64,000 nt of DNA, taken from positions 4,898,001 to 4,962,000 of the forward strand of contig CM007990.1 in the NCBI GenBank assembly GCA_002189035.1, given 5' to 3'. How positions within the stretch are numbered: position 1 is the stretch's first letter; every line of letters starts with the position of its first letter. This DNA is from Utricularia gibba. Lineage: Eukaryota > Plantae > Magnoliophyta. Under the pieces are notes generated by a model. It was not told where the DNA came from. It saw only the letters and a list, made by a program, of their open reading frames with translations, and did not search any database. Shown here piece after piece: positions 25,940 to 37,608 of this stretch. The position numbers and the translations under genes are program-made.

Positions 25940-26461
25940 TCAAGCATTCGCCAGAATATAGGCGTCAAGATCCTGGAAGGTCTTCACGGCGAAGCCCTTA
26001 ATGAGCTCAGGGTCGGGGATGTCACCGCTCTCCTTATCGAACTCGGCAGACCATTTCACCCGGCTCGGGCCGTCGCCGATCACGGACAAGCTGGCCTTGT
26101 AGTTCTTGTAGAACTTCAGCAAATCCCCGTCGATGACTGCGTAGCTCAGGGACCTGGTTTCATCATCTATCTTCTCGATCTTCTCCTTCGTAGTGGAGAT
26201 CTCCGTCAGTCCTGAATATACATTTATCCAATGATTAGCGGAGATTCGACGGATGCGTACAGGAATAAGTGAGGACAAACCTTGACGGAATTTGACGAGA
26301 CGGATGGATCCGACGGATGCGCCGTCGCCTTCTAGGACCTCGATGCTTTCGAAGAGATCGGGGAGAGCCTTGGGAAAGAAAGTGGCGGAGTTCTTGATGC
26401 CGTCCCAGACTTTGTTCTCATTGGATTTCAACTCCACTTCGACTTCAATCTTCGACGCCAT
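25940..26461 (-). CDS. MLP423: Major latex protein / Bet v 1 (MLP423-like), copy 2, 150 aa
   Basis: Exons 26461-26281 and 26211-25940 with a 69-nt intron. TATA box (TATAAAT on -) at ~26555-26561. Confidence 0.93.
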   Translation of the reverse strand: MASKIEVEVELKSNENKVWDGIKNSATFFPKALPDLFESIEVLEGDGASVGSIRLVKFRQGLSSLIPVRIRRISANHWINVYSGLTEISTTKEKIEKIDDETRSLSYAVIDGDLLKFYKNYKASLSVIGDGPSRVKWSAEFDKESGDIPDPELIKGFAVKTFQDLDAYILANA

Positions 26462-27182
26462 GGCCTCAGATTCTCGAACACAGCAAGCACAGAGCAAGAG
26501 ATTGGTTTGATTCCCAAGTGGATGCTGTGACACCAGAGGGATGCGGAGAACAGCATTTATAGGCGTGCAGGCTGCTTCGCCTCCGGCAGTGGAGTAATGA
26601 GACATTTAGTGGGCTCAACAACTGCCCTTTCCGCCACATTGAACAGCACGAGAAAGGGAATCTATAGCCATGGGGGAAATGCCACCACCTGTTTTATGCA
26701 TCCAATACGGTCTAACAAGACAACTTATACCATGAATGAGATCACCGCACAAACCTTGCTGGACATCAAAGGTATCATAAAAAGGTGCATACTTTTTAAA
26801 TTCTCACTGATGAGTTGGTTCTTGTGCATTCAAGTTTCTGGTTGGCCTTCAGGAGGGTCCAAGGGAATTGATGGTGTTATGCAAGGATGGGAGACCATGC
26901 TTCCGTTGGGCCATCCAGAATCCGTACCAGAAACTTCAATGCACCATAACAAACTCATTACAAGTGTTCAACAGTCACAGATGGAAGAAGATTCCAGCGT
27001 TCATTTCCTTGTATTCCTCTGTGATGTTGTATACAAATGATGATCCTTGGAGAAGCATCTAATGCCATGGGGAATGCTTAGAATGCATATCAATGGATGT
27101 GCATTGTGAACAAACAGCAACTTTACTGAGAACAAAGAAAGAGTGCTTGCAACTGCTTTTTAAACTCAATATAACATTCCAG

Positions 27183-28475
27183 TCAAGCATCTTCATCTGT
27201 TTCAGGGAGACTAAGTTCTTTTCGCATAAGATGCTTTCGTCTCTGCAATGTCAACAATGTCAGGAAGCTATCTGTTTTAACAATGAAATAGCCAGCCTTC
27301 CTGTACATGTTCAATGGAGCTTCATCAATCATTCTGCAATGCAGGTACACCTCTCTTGAAGGACTCATTTTCGTGATAAGCTCCTCCCCTGCTTTCAGTA
27401 GATGCCACCCAATCCCTCTCCTGAAAGCTTAATCATCCCACGCCTGAGAAATACTAAAACTGAACCAAAGCATGGAACCATTAAGGACCAGCTTGTCAAG
27501 CTACTACTGAAAGATCTAGTTCCTAGTATCCCATGAGCAACACACGACAGATACCACAAACAAAGCAGCATTTTTTGTGCTTGCCCGATCGGAGGAGAGC
27601 CAGTATGATCTGCCTCGCATTAGGTTTTTCAAAGTCGAGGGTGTTTGTATTCCAGAGGCTTTTTGAAGCAATGTGAGTACTGAATCAATCCCAAATGACA
27701 GAAAAATAGTAGAAGCTGCTAGAAAACCTCTTCCATGGCAAAAGAATTCACATTTACGACAAACTATAATTCTACATTTTTGCTGCTTTAAAAAGGTAAT
27801 AAGTACAGACAAACAAACTCTGTAAAGATGTGCAGGGTGAAGAGAAATGTACCTCCGAATTGGTTTACTCACAGCCATATTGCATATGTATGGTGAATCC
27901 CTTGGCGGGGTAGGAGTTGAAGGATTGGGATTGGCTCCCTTCCGGCCGAAGGTCAACTCCACAGTGCCCGCTAACTCAAACTCTTCTCCACCATTTTCTC
28001 TGTACACACCAAGGAGTGTGGCGTTGTGAGGCATCATTTGCCTCCTCTCGGTCAAATAATTCTTCACCAAGAACCCTAGCAACTTTACATAACTGCTCCC
28101 CATCATCATTGATTCGGCAAAGCACTCGGCCAGCAGAAACGCAGTCATTTCCAGCTCCTCCTTCCGCATGGCTCGAACCCAGAGAAAACCAGACTCCAAT
28201 TCCTGATGGTAACTGTAGTTCTCAAGAAACTTGATTTTTTCTATCTCTTCATCGGTTAAAAAGCGCCCAGTTTGAACAGAGTTTTGGAGAGATGATAACA
28301 AGGAAGACGAAGAAGAGGATCGGGAGGAAGAGATGGAAAGGGGAACAAGGAAAGATGCTCGATTGGGGACTGCAAGGAGAAGTGGATACCCGAAGTTTTC
28401 GCCGTAGGAGCGGCGGAGGCGACTGCCGGGTCGCCGGTGACAGGGAATTGGAGCGGAAACGCACAGTGCCTTCAT
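27183..28475 (-). CDS. GNAT5: Plastid GNAT-family acetyltransferase (At1g24040/GNAT5-like), 2 exons
   Basis: Ser-rich transit-peptide-like N-terminus. Motifs LAGTVELTF, PYICNMAVSKPIRRRGIGWHLL (acetyl-CoA motif A), EVYLHCRMIDEAPLNMYRKAGY and LQRRKHLMRK. Confidence 0.88.
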
Positions 28476-29047
28476 GCCCTTATCTTAATATCGCATTCGC
28501 ACATCTAAATCCTTCATAAAATAGCCCCATCGGTAAACGATCCCCCCATTTTTGACGAAAGACAAAAACTGGATCAAACTCCAGCTCCCCTCAGGCGCGC
28601 TCCAGAAATGAAAACCGGATAGCCTTCTGCAAGCTTGCAAAAGGAACCGTCCTGTTCCAGGCCTTCAAAAAGTATGGGCCTTTTTTGTTTTTGAGAGCAG
28701 TCCCAAGCTTCCTGATGCAAACAAACTTCAACTCGTCAATGTCAGTCTCGAATCATTATCATGGGCTATGGCCCGTATTTCTTGCTGAGTCTTTTTACAT
28801 TCCTGTTCGGAGAAAGTCTTGTGGATGAGGTGAGATTCTGAGAAGAGGAACTCAAGCTTCCATAGAAAGATGACCAACAAAAGAGTCAGGAACTAAAGCC
28901 ACCGTCTTCGTACATCAAAGTTGGGTTGAAGTGTGTGCATACTTTCATATATGCTGAACAAAAAGTAGCTTTCTTGTGAGCTGACGTGTTACTAACCGGC
29001 GAACTTTGCTCCCTTCAAAATGTTTACTGAATCCCGCAGGCGTGGAA

Positions 29048-32028
29048 TCACGATATAGATGGCTTCACTCGCGGTTGCATCGCAGAAAAGATCTTCTTTC
29101 TTGGACCCTGCGATTTGACAACATTACTAGGAAGTCTTTTCCTTGAAGCTGAAAGTCAAAGCACACCAGGGGGTGAATAAAAACGGGAGGGTCTATGAGG
29201 CTGTGGGAACTGGAGAGCTGGGGAACCATTGAAAGGCCATGCAAGTACCAACGGTATGGCAATGTAATAAAAACACAAGCTGCTCCGAGTTAGTATTATA
29301 TTACTTGTATAAAAGCATGTCGAATAAGAACATTACCATTGGTATGCCCAACTCAGCAAGGTCACTCTCAGACATGCGCTTCAAGGAGAACATATCTACC
29401 TGTAAAGAAATAAGGTCGATCATCATTCGTTTTGGTTGTGATACTGTGACCTGGCAGGGAATTTCATCTTCCCTTCGTAACAGCTGCAAGTGGCATGCAC
29501 TGTAAAGAAGGTAAATGCGCAGGACAATGAAAAACACGCAATGTATCCCAGCCCCACTCTTGGCTTCTAGATTCAAGATAGGTGGATTAACATATTAATT
29601 TTAGGTAAGCATGGTTGGATTCTGCGGGGAAAGGGGCTACAGAACTCTGAAAAGTGTGGCAAGGATAAGATATACCTCCTCCACCTTAAAGTGAATTACG
29701 AATCTTTCAAGGCCCAGTGATCGTAGGAAGCTTTCAACAGTATCTTGGCCATCCACCTACATGCAAATGATATAAAGGTACCCAAAAGAAATCTAGTAAA
29801 TGGCAGCATATAGTATTCAGGAATGCACTCAATTTAATCATAAGAATCGTAATAACATCTTCTACTCGCAGTTGCAGTAAAATAGTTGATGTTAAAGACA
29901 ACACTATACAATATTATGGTTCCAGCAGTAACAGAAAAGAAAAAAAAACGAAATATCAAGTACATAGAAAAGGCTAAAAAGGTAAGTGAACTGACTGCAC
30001 ATGAGCTGCTTTGAGGCACGATTCCAGGTTGAAGAAATGGAGGCGGAAAGGGCGCCATATCTGCTATTCTATGTGGGAAAACTCCTGGCTGAGAAAGTGA
30101 GGGGGTGAGTGGCAATGCATGTGAAACTCCTTGAGGAGCAAATCCAGATAGAGGAAGCGAAGCGGGCATTGACAATGAGATTGGCATATGGCGTATAGGT
30201 GGAGTCACTTCCATCAAGTATGGCATGCTGCGAGGCCTTGAAATCTCAAAAGTGTCTTCATTCTGATTCACCTTTTTGCCAGAATACTTGAGTGGATATG
30301 CATACGTTGGGATTTCCTCTCTCTTAGTCTGGGACCTTGAAATCTCAAAATTATCTTCATTCCCATCTGAGTTCGAGCCGGCATAGCCCTGCGGATATGC
30401 ATACTGTGGAATTTCATCTCTCCTTGGTCCCATCAAACCACTTGAAGTACCAAAAATCTCATTTGATGATCTTTTACTGAATCGATCTAATGTCCAAGGA
30501 GAATGTGAATCAGTCCTTTGTTCCATTTGGGAAATACTATTGGATGCTCTCATTTGCGCTGTTTGCGAGGCAAGATCAGCCATGTATGGCATGCCTTGGG
30601 ACCTTGAAATCTCATAGCTTTCGTTCGCATTCATCTTTGTGCAGTCATACATTGGTGGGTAACTGTAATGCAGAATTTCATCCATCTTTGTTGCTGTAAC
30701 AGCACTGGAAGTACCCAAGGACTCATTCGGTGATCCTTTTCTTAAGCAATCCGAATTCCAAGGAAGATATGACCCTAACTCTGTTTCTGTTTCCACTGTG
30801 GAAATGCCATGTGAGTCTCTCGTTCCAGGGACATCACAGGTCATGCTGGTGCCACGTGAGCATGGCACTCTGTACCTTACATCTTTCCTCTCCATATAGT
30901 CGCATCCATTTTCACAGTTCTGTAGGATATGATGTTGTCTGGGGTCATCAGGATAGTCAAACTGCGGGTGAGGTACGCGCCCAGACCACCTAGGGTGTGG
31001 GTGCCTATTCGCGGAAATTGAATCCCTATCATCCCTGACATTGGCATGCTGCTTTCCTACATTATATGGTTTCAAATGTTCACTTGAGCTTCTGTGGTTT
31101 GATAACTTGTTGAGCGCACCCATCGGACTCTCAGATGATTCAGCACGCCTGGATAAAACATTACGCAGATCCAAATCTTGTGGCTGGTCATGACGCGGGT
31201 TCTGTCTGTGCTTTTTCATGATCTTGTGTCGAAGATCATTTTTACTAAGACGTAAATCCTCTACTTACAGAAAAAAAAAAAAAAACATCAACATGAAATT
31301 ATTAACCAGATAGAAGCAATGAAAGAATGCAGTAAAAATGAAACCAGTTACCATAAACAGCACCGGCACTTCTAGCACCTCGATAGAGCCTGGAGATAAA
31401 ATAACAAGGCGCTCACATCACAAGCAATAACATAACTTTTAACCACGGAAAAGCAAATGGATAGAAAATATAGCAGCATGATACACTACAATCACGTAAA
31501 CATACCTCCTATGACTATCCTCATCAGATGAGTCAGAGTAACCTCCATGCCCTTCATGGAGTGATCTCTTTCTTTCTGCAACTTGCTGCATTATGTAAAA
31601 GAAAGATCTCGATCACAGTCTATCATCCTTACCATCTACAACTACGGCATGAATTCACAAAAACTTGCACAGGGAAGCTTATTTCTTCAGAGAATGAAAG
31701 CCAAACACACATCAGAAAGAGTAAAGTCGATGATTCTTTGCAGTTTTTGCCGCAACAGCACACATATTATGTTACCAAAAAATTTATAGCCCTTGCATCT
31801 AACTACAGGCAAAGGTGTTTCATCATTCCAGCAAAAACATTGAATAAAACAATCAACACCAACAAAGCAGGAACAGGATCCTCGAAAAAACAAACTCGGA
31901 GCACGATTCACGTTTCAACTCACCATCATGTATCATCATCGCTTTAACGTCAAATAAAAAACGACAAATATTACCTTACGGAGGCAAACCAGAGATTTGG
32001 TAACGCGAGTCCTTGAATCCTCCGACAT
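29048..32028 (-). CDS. SAM (sterile alpha motif) domain protein (At1g70180-like); 5' exons less certain
   Basis: EDLRLSKNDLRHKIMKK...DLRNVLSR. C-terminal exons encode TVESFLRSLGLERF, VDMFSLKRMSESDLAELGIPM and GPRKKIFSAM. The probable start MSEDSRTRVT at 32028 is diverged. Confidence 0.82.
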
Positions 32029-32991
32029 TATGCTTTTCCAAAATGCACTGGTAACCAAGTTAGCCACCACAAAACCAACGAACAAGAAGGAAACATTCAC
32101 CTATACCAACCGTTCGAAGTAAAATCTCCCACGGACTGGAAAAAAAGGGCAGAAGATCGACGATTATGCAACGGAAACCGTCGGGTTTCTTTTCCCAATC
32201 AAAACAAAACTAGACGCCGATTTTTTTTTTTTCTTTTCTCTCTCTCTCTCTCTCTTTTTTAAAAAAAAATCCACCAGCAATTCGGCACGTGGTGCCGAAC
32301 CGTTGAAGTATGCGCCGTATACAATTATTTTTGTTATAAAAATTTGTGTGACAGATGATTACTCATAAATTCTATCCCTATCATGTTTATTTAATAGTTC
32401 ATAAACTATACTTTTTAATACTTTCAATAATAGGCATCTAGTTTATTTAAAATATTTATTATTCATATTTAAAGTATAACATATGATATTTCTTTTAATT
32501 TTCAATGATATTCTCTGTGTAAAAATTTGTAGGCACCTTTAAATCTTATCGTTGATTTTGATTCGATGCAAGAAAGTAACACGTACCCATCCCCAACTAA
32601 TATCTCTGCAAAAAAAGATTCACATAATATTAGGATTATCATTTTATTTAAATAGTTCATTTTTCCCCATTAGTAACCTACCATCATATTAACTCTTCGT
32701 TATATATTAAGATTGTTTGATACATAAATAAATTATGTTAAGAATACAAGGGGGTATAAAAAAAAGATATATTACTCAATAATTTTATTACAACTCATTA
32801 CCTTTTATTTAATTATAATTATTTATGTTCTCTACCAAACAAATATTTATCGTCACTTATATATCAATTTTTCGTTATATCCATCCATTTTTAGTTACTT
32901 TAAGCCATAAGGGGTTGATGGTGAACCATGGAATTGTGTTAGTAGGAAATGGACACGAGAAAATGAATTAATGTTGTATTTACAAAAGTAA

Positions 32992-34107
32992 TTATAATAA
33001 GCTCACAAAGTTCAATAGGAATAAGAATATTCCGGCGACCGACGCCACCAAATTGACACCAACTCCGTTCGAGCCGCTGGTATCCGTGCCAGGCACAGGG
33101 TTCGGAGTGGGTGTCGACCCGTTGAAATTCGGGTTAGGCCCGTAAAGTACTTGGATACCTTGGATATCGTCGGCGGCTAGATCCACTTTTCTGGTACGTG
33201 AAGCGATCGTAGGGTACATGATGGATTCCTCGACGGAGCTGTGCCCTAGCCCGAGAATGTGCCCAATTTCATGGACGGCCACTGATTCCAGATCGACGGC
33301 GGAGCGAAGGTTGTCGGTGAGGAAATTGCCGTCGAGTACCCAATCCTCGTCGCTGTCGAGGTGGAATCTCCCCGATGGGGGCGAGAAGGCGTGGGCGAGG
33401 GTACCGAGGTTGCCGTCGAAAGGCTCTCCGTCGCCGTGATCGCCTCGGAAGAAGGCGATTCTGATGTTGGCGGTGGGGAATGTTTGCGTTTCGACGAATG
33501 TAAGGGGAGTCACCTCCGACCACCGCTGGAAAGCGCGGGCGAATACGGCCCGGACGGAATCGGGGAGCTGATTGCCGGGATTGAAGGCGTAGGTGAGTTG
33601 ATTCTGACCGCGGGGCCAGGTTGGGCGATCGGGGAAGAAGGAGTAATGGGCAACGGTATGGAGTGTGGAATCTGATCGGAAGCTCGACGATCTGCCTGAT
33701 GCCATTGTCGATGTTCCGTTGACTATATCGGGATTTCCGCATCTGGGTAGCGTGATCCTGTCAACCGTAGACTCATCCAGCTGCCCGGTGACGTTCAGAT
33801 TGAAATTCAGCTGGTAATTCCTCACGGCGGCAACGAGGTTCTCGTCGAACTCATCGGTCAAATTGTGGTAGGAAGCGTTGATATATCCGAAGTACTGGAA
33901 ATACTTTTTGATTTTATGAAGACCATCAGCCTTGATTCCTTTATGGCAACCGACGAAGCCGTGGAACCCTTCCCACGGTTGCGTTGGAGCCGTGGTCGGC
34001 GCCGGGGACGGCGCCGCAGAGCTGTAATCAGGGAAGAAACGCGCGTAGGCTTGGGAAGGATAACTGGAAAGCGCTGTAACCAACAGAAGCAAGACAGGAA
34101 GAACCAT
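32992..34107 (-). CDS. MMP: Matrix metalloproteinase (matrixin, At2-MMP/At3-MMP-like), intronless, probably GPI-anchored
   Basis: Signal peptide MVLPVLLLLVTALSS, cysteine switch PRCGNPD, zinc motif HEIGHILGLGH, Met-turn SIMYP and a hydrophobic C-terminus. The ORF could start at the upstream Met at 34137. Confidence 0.97.
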   Translation of the reverse strand: MVLPVLLLLVTALSSYPSQAYARFFPDYSSAAPSPAPTTAPTQPWEGFHGFVGCHKGIKADGLHKIKKYFQYFGYINASYHNLTDEFDENLVAAVRNYQLNFNLNVTGQLDESTVDRITLPRCGNPDIVNGTSTMASGRSSSFRSDSTLHTVAHYSFFPDRPTWPRGQNQLTYAFNPGNQLPDSVRAVFARAFQRWSEVTPLTFVETQTFPTANIRIAFFRGDHGDGEPFDGNLGTLAHAFSPPSGRFHLDSDEDWVLDGNFLTDNLRSAVDLESVAVHEIGHILGLGHSSVEESIMYPTIASRTRKVDLAADDIQGIQVLYGPNPNFNGSTPTPNPVPGTDTSGSNGVGVNLVASVAGIFLFLLNFVSLL

Positions 34108-34910
34108 TTCAATCAAATCTGAGCCAGATCCTCTCAAGAATGGAACTGAGGAGTGGGGATTTTGTTGAATACGTTGGAGGAACCCTTCAAACTTGATGTT
34201 CTCGGAACATGGCTGCCGAGAAATTTCGTCAATAGAAAATTCAAGCAGGTATCTTTACGCGGTGGCAAATGCGTTGCCACAGAAAATACGGGATGCTGAA
34301 TTCTTTATTTATTTTTTGAGAAGTCCTCGCCCCTTGGTCAAGAAGCCATCATCGTACGGCGATCAGCGCACTGCGCCGGAGGAGTCTCCTGGATTAGGCG
34401 TCGTACCTTTGTCCCAACAAGCTCCTCCAAGACACGTGGGTATTGTCCGCTGTCCTAACCCCACCAAGGCCCGTTAGCTATTCTAGATTTAGTTTCTCTG
34501 TGCTTGATTACAGCGTTTGAGCCAATTACACGCATCAGTCAACTCGTTGAATCTCGGATATGAGGATTGCCCATTCTCTCACAGATTACAGAATGTGATT
34601 CCTTGTTACAGGAAATTGAACATCTTCCTTTTTATTCTGTAAAATGCGCATAATCCCATTTCTATGACCTCCACCAGGATTTCTGCAATCTGGATGCGGC
34701 GGCGACTTTCTCTCCATGGTTTCGAAAAGACACGCGGTTTAGATTAGTCACCTAATCCTAGCTTAAGACACGCAACAGCAGGCTTTTTTTGAGAGGTCTA
34801 AGGTGCAGCCGCGTCCTCTGGGATTCTTCTCCCTTCTGGAAACTTGCCTTCACTAGTATATAAAGAAACTCAATTTTTGATTTCAATCAGACATTCAGTT
34901 GAACTTATTC

Positions 34911-35147
34911 ATGGCGTCAAAGGGATCCTCCTCCGAGATCACGTGGGCGGACCAGTGGGACCCTCAGCCTCTCTACACTAACCCCACCGCCGCCCCGGAT
35001 TCCGACCAGCCTGCCGGGAAATTTGCTCGGAAACTCGACAAGACGAAGGCCGTGGCCTCCAGCGGCATGGAGAAGCTCAAGGCCGGCACCACCGTCGGTG
35101 TCCACTGGATCAAGGACAAGTACAAGAAGGCGACTCACAAGTTCTAG
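34911..35147 (+). CDS. Small conserved plant protein (78 aa; WADQWD...KTKAVASSG..K.K.G..WIK.KY family), function unknown
   Basis: GC-rich intronless ORF with TATA agtatataaag at ~34855-34865. Motif SWADQWD-like plus a basic amphipathic C-terminus, as recalled from a widespread plant microprotein family. Confidence 0.8.
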   Translation: MASKGSSSEITWADQWDPQPLYTNPTAAPDSDQPAGKFARKLDKTKAVASSGMEKLKAGTTVGVHWIKDKYKKATHKF

Positions 35148-35288
35148 ATATTGTGAAGACTATAGAATAGAATCATGGCTGATTTTTTCGTGTGTTCTTT
35201 GTTTTTTTCCTTGTTATATATACTATCCATATCTCTTCGCATTTAAGACCGCACAAACTATCTATCTTTCATATAAGTAACCAACCCT

Positions 35289-35790
35289 CTATAGAGAAGC
35301 AAATGATTGTCGAGTACTGGTCTGGTGAAGATGACGGAGGGCCATTATTTTTCTACATGCAGCCGAAGAAACAGAGGGAAAAGTTGACTCCGAAGAAGAT
35401 GGCTGCCGCCGCCTGAAGAAAATGAAGGCCGCCGCGTAGAAGGTCGGTCGGGAAAGATGCTGCTGCCGCTGCCATGGAATGCACAAAAGCAAGACAAAAG
35501 CTGAAAACGAATTAAGTTCAAACGCGTTTTCTTCCTTAACACACTCGAGGTTTAGGTAGCCAGGCTTCAGCATAACTCGTCTCCTTAGAAGAAGATCATT
35601 TGATGGATCAGAGACGACCCAAATGAGGGTGGTGCCATAGGAGATGAAGCAGCAGTTAATGGATCTTGGCTAATCTCACCTAATCCACTTTCCCATTGGA
35701 GCAGTGGGAAGACGTTGACCATCACCTCCCAGGAGAGAAGCAGTTGAGAAATATTATTATTTAACACGGAGGGAGAAAACCCCCATAGTC
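35289..35790 (-). CDS. Possible uncharacterised short gene; reading frame unresolved (probable frameshifts)
   Basis: Moderately GC-rich island with overlapping open frames: (ATG ~35787) MGVFSLRV / NNNISQLLLSWEVMVNVFPLLQWESG / SINCCFISYGTTLIWVVSDPSNDLLLRRRVMLKPG...FSAFVLLLCIPW. No family recognised. Confidence 0.3.
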
Positions 35791-37608
35791 CAATTGCGGA
35801 CGATAACCACCAGAGAAGCAGTCGCAGACCTTTTTCTGATAGACGCTTTTGGTATTCTTGTTCAACAACACGCTCGCTCGAGTCGTGTTCCAACGAACCA
35901 CAAAAAAAAAAAAAATCATAATTACCAAGAAATAAAATTAATCACATCCGTAGTATAATGACGAAATGAGGACGTATTCTATAATGTGGACATGATATAG
36001 CCTTTTTCAGTCAACGTGATTTCTTCTCTTTTTTTTTCGATTCAATTTTATAAATAATAATTTTTCTACTTGACAATGTTTTTTTTATTATTTTAGATAA
36101 TTCAATTCATATAAACAGATTTGGATTTCTTTCAATATTTATTATATTAAATATTTATTACAATAACTGAAATCTTATTATATATAACTTTCTAAAGGTA
36201 TTTTTAAACATTTTTATTTAAGAATGAATTGAGAGTGGGCAACTTTTTTTAATTAATGTTTTCTTTTGAAGTAAAAATATGTTTCGTAACAAAATTATTA
36301 TTAAAAACTAATATATTAAAACATTATCACTAGTCTGAAACCATTTTGCCAACCCTACAACCCAATTAAAGCATTATGTGGACGCACGGTTACACTTTAG
36401 AAATTATTTGACCATCGATATACTTTTATTTAGAGCGTGTTTTTTATAATTTAAAACGGTATTTTATATTACGTAGTATAATCAGTTTTTAGATTTTAAA
36501 ATTGTTTTATGGTATATTATAAGATTTGATATTTTAAATTATGCATTATAAAATTTAGTAAATAAAATTATTATAGAATTCAGTGTGATATATATAAACT
36601 GAATGTTATAATTTTTTAATTAATATTTATTTAATCACTAAAACAAATATGCAAGAAATTAAATAATTTTTAGATTTAATATCAAAATCTGAATTTCTAA
36701 TTTTAATACATAAACATTAAACATCAGGATGTACTAAACTAAGTCAATTCAACAAATTCATGAAACATTAGTACATTACACTGGTTACACGCGACTACAG
36801 TAAAAAAGTAAAAATAGTAGCCACATGGGGCCGCCCCCCTAGATACACCGCTTGGGAAAGCACTCAAACCGTTCACACTCCTAGCCCAAATGATTAATTG
36901 ATTATTTTATATATAAGTTTATCAAATTCGTATAAACATAATCTCATATATATCCAATTCGAGATTTACCATGAATACAGATTATTAAATTATTTTACAC
37001 ATAATATTTAATAAAATTCAATGTTATTATGTGTAGCTGCCACCTGGTAAACCAGGACGCGTAAAAAGCAGTCCTTGTGGACCAAGGCTTCCACAATTTC
37101 ACATTCGGCGGATGCCCCAAAGAACGAGAAATTCCAACTTTGAATCGGTCCACGTCACGGTGCATCTGGAAGGCTACGCCTTTTAATGTTAATTAATATG
37201 TTGCTATAATTGTCATAAAATAATGTTTATTTTTTGAAGAAATTTTATTAAAATGTGATGTGTAATTATGGTAATATTTTTTTTATGGGGTGTAAATTGG
37301 GGTGTCGGATTCCTTGTTGAAATGTCGGGGTCTGGTACGCGGGAAGGGGTACGCGGATACGGATGCGACTACATGGGAAAAAGTGCAAGGGTGTTCTAGT
37401 GGGGGTAAAATGGGTATTTCAGGAGGGCTGGGTGAGGGAATAAAGACACCAAATCAACGACTACCTGCTCGGCGTTTGACAGCTTCGTCTACCGAACCCA
37501 GAAGCAAGAGTTTCGAAGTTGGTTCATAAGTTCAACGAATGAGCGGAGGGGGGGAGAATATTGGTTCTGTGGTGAGGATTCTTCGGATTTTGGTGAGCTA
37601 TCGCTGCG

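Larger units (their letters stand above)
24329..26512. repeat. Tandem segmental duplication, copy 2 (block X + spacer carrying a hAT insertion + MLP gene)
   Basis: Colinear with 21956-23698 apart from the 393-bp hAT insertion and small indels. Confidence 0.93.

Noticed and set aside
26195-26215. Apparent loss of the intron acceptor in MLP copy 2 (GACAG>GACGG)
   Set aside because: The true acceptor is the CAG 9 nt upstream in both copies; this restores length alignment with MLP423 (150 aa each).
33218-34122. Several overlapping ORFs on both strands across the MMP gene
   Set aside because: Shadow ORFs caused by GC-rich coding sequence. The same applies to antisense ORFs over MATE, MLP, formin and HSP90.
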